Shown in pieces: positions 46,369 to 57,462 of a stretch of 64,000 nucleotides of DNA. The stretch covers positions 64,001 through 128,000 of the forward strand of contig CAVYSE010000001.1 of assembly GCA_963771075.1 (NCBI GenBank), read 5' to 3'. Below the pieces are notes generated by a model. That model was not told where the DNA came from. It saw only the letters and a program-made list of their open reading frames with translations, and ran no database searches. How positions within the stretch are numbered: position 1 is the first letter of the stretch; each line of letters opens with the position of its first letter. The position numbers were made by a program, and so were the translations under genes. This DNA is from a candidate division FCPU426 bacterium (GTDB lineage: Bacteria > Oederibacteriota > Muellerivitia > Muellerivitales > Muellerivitaceae).

Positions 46369-46400
46369 AATTTTAATAATTGATATCTGACCCTGTTTAC
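46369..46400 (+). repeat. 32-bp direct repeat, copy 2
   Basis: AATTTTAATAATTGATATCTGACCCTGTTTAC. Confidence 0.9.
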
Positions 46401-46595
46401 ACCCTCACTTGGAAGTTTCGGGACAGGTGCTTTTTTGATTTACATACACTGACTGCGAGAGCAAACTGAAATGGTCCGGTGAATGGTTTCGCCTGCAAGC
46501 GAGATGTTCCTGGGCCCCAGAAACGGATCTCTCCGGCTCAAATGAGATCCCCCTTTTTTACCCTGAGACTCTCGAAGGGTTGAACGAGGTGGAAC

Positions 46596-47123
46596 ATGGG
46601 AAATTGGGAAACCAGTCGGCAGTCCGCAGTTCGCCCCAATTGCCCAAATCAATTGGGAGCACCAAACAACGTTGTTCGCCCTGAAAGCTCTCAACAGGTG
46701 CCAGTCAACCGCCGACAGGGACTTCTACTAAAACCAGTCGACTTAGACTTGCGCACCCCGTTGAATCGCCCTCCCCTTCACCCACGTTACCGCCGCCGAA
46801 GACGGTGGGAACAAAGAAAAATCTGCCCTTATTGCTTGGCCGACCTGACCGACTACGACCGGGAGGAATTTAAGGAACTGGGTTATGTCTGCCCTCTTTG
46901 CCGCCACACGATCCTGGACCACCTTTTAACCACTCCGGTTTACCAATTTACCTCAAGCCAGCAATGGGACCTCTTGGCCAATGAGATGGAATTCGTCTGG
47001 AATGCGGAATACCGCGACGTGGACAGCTACCTTTTCGGGATGGGGTCCTACTACAATCCCGATTACAGCGAAGCCAAGGAACGACTTTATGGGGACGCTG
47101 GCCGAAAAAGACGCGCTCCATAA
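46596..47123 (+). CDS. Hypothetical protein with CxxC...CxxC zinc ribbon
   Basis: GAGGTGG RBS; CPYC...CPLC. Confidence 0.5.
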   Translation: MGNWETSRQSAVRPNCPNQLGAPNNVVRPESSQQVPVNRRQGLLLKPVDLDLRTPLNRPPLHPRYRRRRRWEQRKICPYCLADLTDYDREEFKELGYVCPLCRHTILDHLLTTPVYQFTSSQQWDLLANEMEFVWNAEYRDVDSYLFGMGSYYNPDYSEAKERLYGDAGRKRRAP

Positions 47124-47820
47124 ACTTCAGGAGGAATTCATCCTGGCGGAGGGTGAACTCGACCTTTTGATGATCGGTTTCCTGAACAAATTGAAGGTGT
47201 GGCGCGGGGGATATGGCGAGGCGGCTTTTCCTGGGGCATACCTCTTAGGTCCACGGCCCGGCGATTAAGCCTCACGTTCCCCTGCGAGAGGGGAACTGGC
47301 CGGGTTTCAGTTGGGCCTGGTCCAAAACAGTCCTTGGGGCGCTTTTCGATTCCTGGAAGAAAAGGAGGAGATGGTGGCCGCTCTGGCGGACCGCTTGGCG
47401 AAACTTTCACAGGGCCAAAGCAATTCGGGAGCTTAAAACCAGTCCACAAAGCGATTTAATTGCTTATAGCAATTGGGGTTACCAAGGATCGCTGCTCGCC
47501 TGGTCAGCTCGCAGCAGGTAACAGTCCGCCCCAATGGCCAGTAGTCATTGTGGAACAAATGGGCCAGGCTGGAGGTCACCCGCACCTCGCCCAAATGTTA
47601 AAAACTTACATCGCCGGTTTAATAAGGAAAGAATCGAGGGTTTGACCGGGTAAGGTTAAAATTTATCGATAAACTTTCATTTGAAAGGACAAATAAACAG
47701 CAATTTTTGTTAATCAAAAATTAACATTAAGAAGGCAAACAAATTATTTTTTTAAGTATAATTCCTCCTGATCGCTTTTGCTTTATTTTGGGAGCAAATA
47801 TTAACTAAAGAGGTGAACAT

Positions 47821-50800
47821 ATGAATTGGTTTTATTTTAATGATGATTTCTGATAAGGCTCGAAAAAACAGATTCCCATCTTTTATTTTTGGTTGTCATT
47901 ATGGGTTTTTTTCTTGCCCTTCCCGCAGAAACCTTGGCGGCTGTCACCATTGGTTATTATCCCCCTTCATGCGTTTCCCCCGTTCTTTCCCCCAAGTTGG
48001 ACCTTCTAGTCAACTGTAGCGGCCAGACTTCTCAATCCCACCAATGGCGGATCAAGATCGTCAATAACGATTCTGTACCCGTGACCATCGGCGACCTCAG
48101 CATCGACATGTGGTTTTATGAAATAGGCATTTTTAGCAACAGTATCACCGGCAATGGTGAAGTCTTTGATGCATCGGGGGCGCCGGTCGGCACCTTCGTG
48201 CCTGGAATCACAGGAAACTTTATAGATATCTATCCAACCTGCACAACCGATCCGAACCACAGGGCCAACCATATAGCCCTTTTCTTCCTGGTTCCCACGG
48301 CCACCAGGCCCAGGTGATTCCCCCGGGCGGTTGGCTACAAGGTTTGGAATTGAACCTAACATCCTGTGTCAATCCGTTGGAATGCTACAATTGGGCCAAT
48401 TTTAGTCAAGACTACACGCAATACCCCCCGGAGGAGGGAGGTTGTGGAACGACGGATACCTATTACGAATATCCCTATGTGACGCTTAATTACAAAATGG
48501 CTTTGGTGACTGAAACCAGCACCGGATTAGATCCGCTGACAGGGATACCGCCTTGCGAAGTGTTATGCTCCAGGACGCCGACTCCAGTTTTTACCCGTAC
48601 CCACAGCCCTTCGCCTACCGTCACCTTTACCCGATCGCAGACTTTCACCCGAACGGTTACCAAATCACCGACGCCCACCCTGACCCCCACGTCGACCCGC
48701 ACGCCGATCCATACACCGACCGTTACACCCACCCATACCTTTACCCCGACCCTGACGCCCGGCTGTTACGTGATCATCGACAGCGGCGGGAAGGGGAGTA
48801 AACCCATTTACAAAGCATCAACTTGTCCGATGTACCCCCCCAATGGGGAGAGCCCATCGGAACCTCCCGATTCGTGGGATGCCGACCCAACAGCGCCTCT
48901 TGTTTCCCCGTTACGCACACTTACGGACCTTATACGAATAGTTTCGTGGTGGAACATCCTCAATTGACGGAGGGACATTTTTATCTTCAAGCCAAGGCCG
49001 ATGATGAGGTCAATGTGGAAATCAATGGTCGGCGCGTAATCAATTGCACGGGGAATTGCATGGGGGAATATCCCGGCCCAGTGGACATCACCGACCTGCT
49101 CCTGAACGGTCTCAATTCAATGACTTTTTCTTGGACCGATACGGTCAATGGGAACACGGGTATCAGTTACGAATTGTGGTATTGCAACGGCAAAGCCTTT
49201 ACTTCAACCCCTTCCAACACCCATACGTCCACGCCCACCTATAGCCCGACACCGATTCCGACGATCACCGAAACGTCCACGGCGACGTCCACTTGGACCA
49301 TCAGCTGGACGCCAACGATCACCTTTACCGCGACGAGTACCTCGACACCGGTGTCGGTGGTGGTGGGGTCCAATTGTTGGGTGAGCGACACGACCCACAA
49401 CTTGATGTACGTGAATCCCTGTTCGGCGACGACCATCCAGTCGCAGCCGCCTTCCGACTCCAGCGGAGTGAACTGGCTGTCACCCAATTACAATACGGCC
49501 TCCGTATCAAACTGGACCGCACCCACGGTGGTGACGGGCCAGCCGTGGAGCGCGCTCTGTTCGCTGACCGGAAGCGGAGGGCAGAACTGGATCGCATGGG
49601 ATAACGGCGGGGACAACCCTTGCGGATCCCAAGGCGGGGCACCCGTGGCGGACCTGTTCTTCCGCAACGCCTTCCCGGTATCACAAGGATGCACGGTTAG
49701 CGGGGCGCAAATTGTATTGAGCGCGGACAACGCGGCGATCGTGTGGCTGAACGGGGTGACGATCGTTCCGGACGGGGCGGTCACGAGCTTTACGTCCTGC
49801 GTGACGGAAACCATTCCGGCCGGCTTGTTCCAAGGCGGACTGAACGTGTTAGCGTTCGAGGTGATTAATTATCCGGATCAGGATCCAAACAACCTGGAAG
49901 GGTTGACCTATCAGATGTGTTACAACCTGTCGTGCCAGTCGACGGCCACGGCGACCCCGATCCCGACGATCACGGTGACGCCCACGCCCAGTTATACCTG
50001 GACCTATAGCCCGACGCCGATTCCGACGATCACCGAAACGTACACGCCGACGGTGACGATGACATGGACACCGACGACTTGCGCGCCGGTGGTGGTGTTC
50101 GCAAGTGGGGATGGAAATGATTACATCACCTCGCCGACTTTGCCCGGCTATACCTCGCCTCAATCGGCGGTAACCGGATCCAGGGTAGGTCATGGCTGGT
50201 GGCACCCTATGACGTGTCCTTGTTCATTGGGTTCAACAATACAGGCAAGTCCCCGGAAACATCGGGTCAGTTACCGTTCGTATGGACCGCAAGCCGCACC
50301 TTCGCGGTACCGTCGTGGATGACGGGGGGGAATTTCGTGTTGCATTACGACGCGGACGACAACGGGACGGCGAGCATCAATTCCTACACGGTGGCGGTTT
50401 GTGATGGGCAAACGGCCTGTGCGTGGAAGGGTCGGGGGATATGCCGGTGGTGGTACCGGCGGGTGAACTCAATATAGGCTCGTCGAATACCTTTACCTTC
50501 CAGGTGACGGACACCGCCATCGGTTCAACGGGGGCGCGTTATGAATTACAGTACTATCCTTGCGGGTGGACGCAAACCGTAACACCCACCCAATCATCGA
50601 CGCCGACCCCGACGATCACCGTACCGCCCACGGTCACCTATAGCTGGACCTATAGCCCAACGCCGGAACCGACGATTACATCCACCCCGATCCCGACGAT
50701 CACGGTGACGCCCACGCCCAGTTATACCTGGACCTATAGCCCGACGCCGATTCCGACGATCACCGAAACGTACACGCCGACGGTGACGATGACATGGACA

Positions 50801-53197
50801 CCGACGACTTGCGCGCCGGTGGTGGTGTTCGCAAGTGGGGATGGAAATGATTACATCACCTCGCCGACTTTGCCCGGCTATACCTCGCCTCAATCGGCGG
50901 TAACCGTGATCCAGGGTAGGTCATGGCTGGTGGCACCCTATGACGTGTCCTTGTTCATTGGGTTCAACAATACAGGCAAGTCCCCGGAAACATCGGGTCA
51001 GTTACCGTTCGTATGGACCGCAAGCCGCACCTTCGCGGTACCGTCGTGGATGACGGGGGGGAATTTCGTGTTGCATTATGACGCGGACGACAACGGGACG
51101 GCGAGCATCAATTCCTACACGGTGGCGGTTTGTGATGGGCAAGAAAACGGCCTGTGCGTGGAAGGGTCGGGGGATATGCCGGTGGTGGTACCGGCGGGTG
51201 AACTCAATATAGGCTCGTCGAATACCTTTACCTTCCAGGTGACGGACACCGCCATCGGTTCGACGGGGGCGCGTTATGAATTACAGTACTATCCTTGCGG
51301 GTGGACGCAAACCGTAACACCCACCCAATCATCGACGCCGACCCCGACGATCACCGTACCGCCCACGGTCACCTATAGCTGGACCTATAGCCCAACGCCG
51401 GAACCGACGATTACATCCACCCCGATCCCGACGATCACGGTGACGCCCACGCCCAGTTATACCTGGACCTATAGCCCGACGCCGATTCCGACGATCACCG
51501 AAACGTACACGCCGACGGTGACGATGACATGGACACCGACGACTTGCGCGCCGGTGGTGGTGTTCGCAAGTGGGGATGGAAATGATTACATCACCTCGCC
51601 GACTTTGCCCGGCTATACCTCGCCTCAATCGGCGGTAACCGTGATCCAGGGTAGGTCATGGCTGGTGGCACCCTATGACGTGTCCTTGTTCATTGGGTTC
51701 AACAATACAGGCAAGTCCCCGGAAACATCGGGTCAGTTACCGTTCGTATGGACCGCAAGCCGCACCTTCGCGGTACCGTCGTGGATGACGGGGGGGAATT
51801 TCGTGTTGCATTACGACGCGGACGACAACGGGACGGCGAGCATCAATTCCTACACGGTGGCGGTTTGTGATGGGCAAGAAAACGGCCTGTGCGTGGAAGG
51901 GTCGGGGGATATGCCGGTGGTGGTACCGGCGGGTGAACTCAATATAGGCTCGTCGAATACCTTTACCTTCCAGGTGACGGACACCGCCATCGGTTCGACG
52001 GGGGCGCGTTATGAATTACAGTACTATCCTTGCGGGTGGACGCAAACCGTAACACCCACCCAATCATCGACGCCGACCCCGACGATCACCGTACCGCCCA
52101 CGGTCACCTATAGCTGGACCTATAGCCCAACGCCGGAACCGACGATTACATCCACCCCGATCCCGACGATCACGGTGACGCCCACGCCCAGTTATACCTG
52201 GACCTATAGCCCGACGCCGATTCCGACGATCACCGAAACGTACACGCCGACCTATAGCTGGACCATCAGCCCGACGCCGACGGTGACGTCCACGCCCACC
52301 TTGACGCCAACCCCCACGCTGGGTTGTTATGCGATCATCGACAGTGGGGGGGTAGGGGATCACACGAACCGGATTGCTTACCCGATCGTGACCCCGAATG
52401 GCGTATGGTCCAATCCGATCGGTACGTCTTATTGGGTCGGGTGTCAATCGACAGGAAAATCCTGCGAAACAAAGGTTCCTAATACCTATGGGCCTTTAAA
52501 TAATACTTTCAACGTGACGACTACCGAATTGGAGAATGGAACCTACTACGTGCAGGCCAAGGCGGATGATGTGGTCACGGTGGGGGTGAATGGGAACCTG
52601 GTGATCGCCTGCGGTGGAAATTGCCAACCGGTGGGGGATTATCCCGCCCCGGTCGAGCTCAATTCCTACTTAATACCAGGAACAAACAGCCTGGCGGTAT
52701 CATGGACGGATACGATCTACGGTTACACGGGTGTGAGCTATGAGTTGTGGTATTGCAACGGCCCAGCCTATACAGCCACCCCCAGTATTACCCCGACCCC
52801 CATCCTCGGGAAAAGCGTGAGGCAGCCCCAGGGAGAGGCCAACCTGCCTAATGTGACGGCTACCGTTACGGCAACCCTGACCGCCACACCGGAGGTGACG
52901 GATCTAGCCTCACGGGCCATCCTGGCGGTTCCAAATATTTCCAAGGATGGGGGACCCATTAAGTTTTTGGTGAACCTGAAACAGCCTGTCCCCATAACAC
53001 TGACGCTCTATTCCTTGTCGGGTGAGAAGGTTTACAGCACCGATACCCAAGGGACAGCGGGATTAAACATCTTGGTTTGGAATGTAACCAATTCCGGGAA
53101 CCAGCCGGTTGCCAGCGGACTCTATATCTATGTCATTAACCTGGTTGATGGTTTCCAACCGATCCGACGGCTCGGAAAAGTGGTTGTGATCCGATGA
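47821..53197 (+). CDS. Giant secreted multi-module surface protein, split into 5 or more ORFs by indels: CBM3-like domain, six jelly-roll modules, Thr/Pro linkers, FlgD/T9SS-like C-terminal domain
   Basis: RBS GAGGTG before ATG 47821; signal peptide; IKIVNN..VPVTIGDLSIDMWF (CBM3-like); repeated ADD/ADN...NG modules; ends VPN...LYSLSGEKV...WN...VASGLYIY...KVVVIR*. Confidence 0.75.
49954..52250 (+). repeat. 735-bp (245-aa) near-identical tandem repeat, 3 copies plus a partial
   Basis: Unit starts at 49954, 50684, 51419 and 52154. Copy 1 is 5 bp short (1-bp and 4-bp deletions). Confidence 0.95.
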
Positions 53198-53289
53198 GTT
53201 TTCTACACGGTTAAGATCTTCAATTCCGGGCTACTGTTCATTGCGAGGTAAATGGAAAAAAGAGATAACAGGTTCCAGGCAACGTGTAG

Positions 53290-53514
53290 GTGCAGGCTCC
53301 CGTGGGTTCCTCAGTTGAATGGAGCGTTTGTACGGTATCTTTCCGGAAGATATGGGATAACTCCCAACCCATTCCTGGGAATTCAATGATCCTCCCTTGG
53401 AACCTGAATGACTCTTCGGGGACTCCCGTCTCCAACGGGCTTTATTATTTGAGGGTCCAGGTCACTGGAGCGGTCAAGTCTTCGAAAATCCTGAAGGTCC
53501 TCGTCATCCGTTGA
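53290..53514 (+). pseudogene. Orphan C-terminal sorting-like domain fragment
   Basis: SFRKIW...WNLNDSSGTPVSNGLYYLRV...KVLVIR*; no signal peptide, and an in-frame stop lies just upstream. Confidence 0.6.
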
Positions 53515-53756
53515 ACCAGTTTCAGTGAAATTATTTCCGAAAGGAGAAAACAGGGTCCAGGCCTACCTATTTCAAGAAGGCGATTGGCCCAAAAGGTCGA
53601 AAACGGATAAGGGTGGCCTGGACTACCTCCTGTTTTTCGACACAATCAAACATCGAATTTCGACTTACCGCTTCAGGTAGCCCCGCCCAATGATTCCCCT
53701 GCTCGACCCTTTATTCTGTTAAGGTGATTGTAAATCGGTTGAGAAGGAGGTTCCAC

Positions 53757-53798
53757 TTGGCGAAGAAAGTAGTCAAAAAGAAAACCGCAAAGAAGTAA
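53757..53798 (+). CDS. Putative 13-aa Lys-rich micropeptide MAKKVVKKKTAKK
   Basis: AAGGAGG at 53744-53750, 6 nt before the TTG; terminator directly downstream. Confidence 0.5.
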   Translation: MAKKVVKKKTAKK

Positions 53799-53825
53799 AA
53801 GTTTTTAATCCAACATTCGTTTCAC

Positions 53826-53855
53826 GCTCACTTCTTCCAGGAGGTGGGCTTTTTT
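53826..53855 (+). terminator. Intrinsic terminator after the micro-ORF
   Basis: GCTCACTTCT-TCCA-GGAGGTGGGC-TTTTTT. Confidence 0.75.
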
Positions 53856-53886
53856 ATCCACTTCTTACCAAACAAGGAATCACCTA

Positions 53887-54246
53887 ATGCCTGAGGCAAC
53901 CCAGACCCCCGAAAGAAGGCTTCATCCCCGTTCTACACTCAAAATTCCCGTAAAGTACCGAGTGATCGAGGCCCAGGACCGAAATAGAAATGAAAAAACC
54001 AGCCATACCATGGACATTTGCCTGGGGGGACTCTATTTGCTCTCCGACCATGCCCTTGAAAAAAACAGCCTGATTCGTTTGGATCTTACCCTTCCCAAGA
54101 TCTCCCACATGATCTCCGCCTACGCCAAGGTGATCTGGTCCAACCGTACCGGAGGGGGACTTCAGTTTGAGTCCATGAAGGAAGACGACGAGGAAGCGTT
54201 GAAAAAATACCTTTCAGAGCTGCCTGTTGAAAACCTGAATCGATAA
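53887..54246 (+). CDS. PilZ domain protein
   Basis: ERRLHPR; DICLGG; AKVIWS..GGLQF; paralog of 3331-3702. Confidence 0.85.
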   Translation: MPEATQTPERRLHPRSTLKIPVKYRVIEAQDRNRNEKTSHTMDICLGGLYLLSDHALEKNSLIRLDLTLPKISHMISAYAKVIWSNRTGGGLQFESMKEDDEEALKKYLSELPVENLNR

Positions 54247-54729
54247 TCAAATTCCCATTGGGGCCTTTTTCCGATGAGACTCTGGTTGGATTTGGGGTCG
54301 TATACTACGCTTTTGCCTGGATATTCTTTTTGGGTCTTTCCCAAATTTGAAGATAAAGGTTTTTGAAGTACCTCTTGTGGTCTGTCATCGAGAGGAGGCG
54401 CCCCAATCGGGGCGGTTGCCAATGTCGCGATCCCAGTTCGATGTTCGTCTTGGCCTTTTTAAGGGCTTTTTTAAACTGGGATTGTCCATGGGCTAAAGCC
54501 CATGGAAGGTTGGCCGAATTCAGGCCAACTACCACAAGCCTCTCGTGAACGTCCGCCTAGCCCCATTTTTCTTTAAGGATAAATAAGGAAAATGGGATGA
54601 TCCCGCATCACCTTTTAATATTTTCAAAAGGAAACGCGGGATATCGGCGGCCACTCGTCGCAATGACAACCAAATAAAGCAAGATTTAAAACAGACTCTA
54701 TCCGCAAATTCAGGAAAGAGGCTTTTTTT

Positions 54730-56229
54730 TCACGCCATCGCCGGCAAAGGCAAGTCCGACTGCCCTAAAAGGGACTGGGGCTGCCAGGCCCATTTTTCGG
54801 GATGGGGCTGAAGGGCCGCCAAGAGGTATTCCACGACTTCATTGGCCGAGTAGGATTCCCTGCCGTCGGTGAGGAATTTCAAGATTTTTCCCACGTCGTC
54901 GCCCGAGGTGACCAGGGCATTCTCGACCGATCCGTCCTTGCGGGTCTGGCCCAGCCCGATATTGGCCATCAAGCCGTTGCAAAGGCATTTCCGGCCCACC
55001 GTATCCGCCATATCCCCGCGTTTTTGCAGGTAGGTGCTTTCCGGCTCGCTGGCACAGCGGGCGCCCGTGGTGCCGTCCTTGCGGCGGTAAAGACTGCGCA
55101 GGTAGCCCAAATCGCAAATGCGCTTTCGTTTCAGGTATTCGCCCTCGTCCGAATTGGTTTCCGGCAGGGTCACTACCTTGAAAGGGAATCCCGTGGGGGA
55201 GGCCTTGGGGTCGGTGAAAACCTTGACCCAGCCCGCCCGCAAACCTTCGACGACCTTTTTCTTGATCCACTGGGCCAGGCCCGACTCCTCGCAATAGGCG
55301 AAGACCGAACCCACCTGCAGGCCCGCTGCCCCGGCATTCAGGGCTTCCTTCAGTTTCAAGGGGTCCGCCTGGGAACCCGCCAGCCAAAAAGGAAGTCCCA
55401 GGGCTTTGATCTTTTTCAGGTCGACCTCGTCCTTCACTCCGTAAATCGGCTCCCCCTCGGCGCTCAACTGCAGGGGTCCCCTCGGTGGGGCGTTATGCCC
55501 ACCGGCCGTGGGGCCTTCCACCACGAAACCATCTACCTTTCCCGTGGATTTTTTCGCGAGCGTCAGGGCCAGCACGTCCGAGGCAATGATGGCCAGGAAC
55601 CGGGGGCGCTTAAGCGCCGGCCCTGGCTCGGGCAAGACGTCCTTGGGCTGGAAGGTGACCTTGATGTCTTCCTCCGCCTGGGCGCCGTGCACGAAGATCT
55701 TCATGGAAGCTTCCTCATGCTTGGAAAGAACATCCAGGATCGCGGGGATCGCGCGGGGGATACCCGCCCCCACCAGCACGTAATCCACGCCCGCCAACAG
55801 CGCCCCATAAAGGCAGGACAGCAGGGGCAAATGGATTTTTTCGAGGTAATTGATCCCCACCCGGCCCGCGTGGCCTTCCTTGGCCAGAAACACCTCGGCG
55901 AAATTGGCCGCGACGTTGAGTTCCAGCAGTTCCCGGCATGTGTTCAGCGTGAAGGAGGGGATGGGGCGGAAAGGTTCGTCCTCTTTTTTACCGCCGGTGA
56001 TGTAATAACGGTCCAGGATTCTTTGCGCGGCCCCCTGGTTGGGAAAAGACGCCAGCGCCCGCCGCATGGCACCGTCCAAATCGCCCACCTGAAGCCTTCG
56101 GGCCAGGATGGAATCCAAAGCGGTTCCCGAAACCACGCCCAATTGCCCCGTCTTGGAAACGGCGCGGGCCAGTACCCAATTGGAAACCCCTGCGCCCATT
56201 CCCCCTTGAATAATCAAAGGTTCAGTCAT
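54730..56229 (-). CDS. Nitronate monooxygenase / 2-nitropropane dioxygenase-like flavoprotein
   Basis: IIQGGMGAGVS, GAGIP, VEGPTAGGHN, GLQVGS, SPTGFPFK; Cys-rich C-terminus. Confidence 0.85.
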   Translation of the reverse strand: MTEPLIIQGGMGAGVSNWVLARAVSKTGQLGVVSGTALDSILARRLQVGDLDGAMRRALASFPNQGAAQRILDRYYITGGKKEDEPFRPIPSFTLNTCRELLELNVAANFAEVFLAKEGHAGRVGINYLEKIHLPLLSCLYGALLAGVDYVLVGAGIPRAIPAILDVLSKHEEASMKIFVHGAQAEEDIKVTFQPKDVLPEPGPALKRPRFLAIIASDVLALTLAKKSTGKVDGFVVEGPTAGGHNAPPRGPLQLSAEGEPIYGVKDEVDLKKIKALGLPFWLAGSQADPLKLKEALNAGAAGLQVGSVFAYCEESGLAQWIKKKVVEGLRAGWVKVFTDPKASPTGFPFKVVTLPETNSDEGEYLKRKRICDLGYLRSLYRRKDGTTGARCASEPESTYLQKRGDMADTVGRKCLCNGLMANIGLGQTRKDGSVENALVTSGDDVGKILKFLTDGRESYSANEVVEYLLAALQPHPEKWAWQPQSLLGQSDLPLPAMA

Positions 56230-56338
56230 CCCACACTCCTATAATGATGTTCGTTTAATCGTGATCGGGCTGTTCCGGGTCCTGCGGAGGGCGCAACATC
56301 ACCCACTACTGCAGGGAGGGGAACCGATCGCCGCCCGA

Positions 56339-56953
56339 CTAGGGGTTCATACAGCCTTGGGCCTGGGATACCACCGTGCGCAGGGGCTGAAGCACCGGCC
56401 TGCCGCTGGAGAGGTCGCGGGTGATTTCATAACGCGGCACCGTGGAATCCACCGTGCGGGACCAGGCGTCAATGCCGCCGGTCATCGACTGGGAGTTGAC
56501 GTAACCGTGGCCGGCGAAGTACGCGGCCGCGTCCATGCTTCTCTTTCCCGAATGGCAGTGAAAGATAATGTGCGTGTCCTTGGGCCAGGTCATGATCTGG
56601 CGGGCCACCTCTTCCGTCACAAGTACCGCGCCCTCGATATGGGCCAGTTCCCATTCCTTCGGGTCCCGCACATCCAGCAGGCGCGGCGGGTTCGCGCTTT
56701 TCAAAGCCTCCGCGGCCTTCTGGGGGCTGATTTGGATACGCTGGTCGATGCGCTCGGCCTCCTCGATGAAATGGAGCACCTCGTCCATGTCGGTGATGGA
56801 GTGCTTGCGGGCCACTTCCTCCAAAACGTCCCCCGGCTCGTACCCGCAACTGTGGCAGCCGCCGATATGGTATTTCTGGAATAGGGCGCGCTGGGCGCTC
56901 GGGTAGGCATCCAGGACTTCCTGCATGGTGCTGCTCTTCGTGATCGTCGGCAT
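56339..56953 (-). CDS. Rhodanese-domain protein with N-terminal DUF1858-like domain
   Basis: LFQKYHIGGCHSC; LLDVRDPKEW..AHIEGA; active loop CHSGKRS; GGIDAW. Confidence 0.85.
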   Translation of the reverse strand: MPTITKSSTMQEVLDAYPSAQRALFQKYHIGGCHSCGYEPGDVLEEVARKHSITDMDEVLHFIEEAERIDQRIQISPQKAAEALKSANPPRLLDVRDPKEWELAHIEGAVLVTEEVARQIMTWPKDTHIIFHCHSGKRSMDAAAYFAGHGYVNSQSMTGGIDAWSRTVDSTVPRYEITRDLSSGRPVLQPLRTVVSQAQGCMNP

Positions 56954-57462
56954 TTTTTCTCCCCTTTGATCCATCTCATGAGCCGGTTTCCCGGCCCCCT
57001 GCTCACTTGTTAGAAACTTGGATAACTCCACAGGCCACCCTTGCGCTCGCGTTACCCGTCGGGTGGGTTTACTTGTCGTCCAGCTTCTCGTGGACGATGA
57101 CCGGCCTGCTGCGTAAGGGTTTCATCTTAAGTTTTGTTGAAAACAAATAGAAAGGGGGGCGGAAATTAAACCCATTGATAGGGTCAAGGGAACCTATTCG
57201 CCCCCTAATACGGGGGTGGTGAATGCACGATTGGCCCTACCCCTGAAGTCGTACTGGCCAGAATGTGAGTGTTGGAAAAGGGGTCTGATCAGACTCCGGT
57301 TAGGATTTGATGGCCCTTTTTCCAAAACCAAAGGGTTTTCAAAGACTTCTATATCGAATACCCCTTTGGCGGTTCCTTTCAGTAACTCCTTTCTCTTTAA
57401 CTACCTCAATCATCACCCTTTATGCTTTAAATCATGTTGGGTTAATGGGTTTCCATTTACAT

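Noticed and set aside
43321..47650. Intact prophage or IS element
   Set aside because: No integrase, transposase or structural genes; only fragments.
54485..54506. Perfect hairpin TCCATGGGC-TAAA-GCCCATGGA (REP-like) and the surrounding 76-aa minus-strand ORF
   Set aside because: Single copy in the window and no recognisable protein motif; cannot be supported further.
54802..56244. 480-aa plus-strand ORF
   Set aside because: Antisense to the well-supported nitronate monooxygenase gene; a GC-rich shadow ORF.
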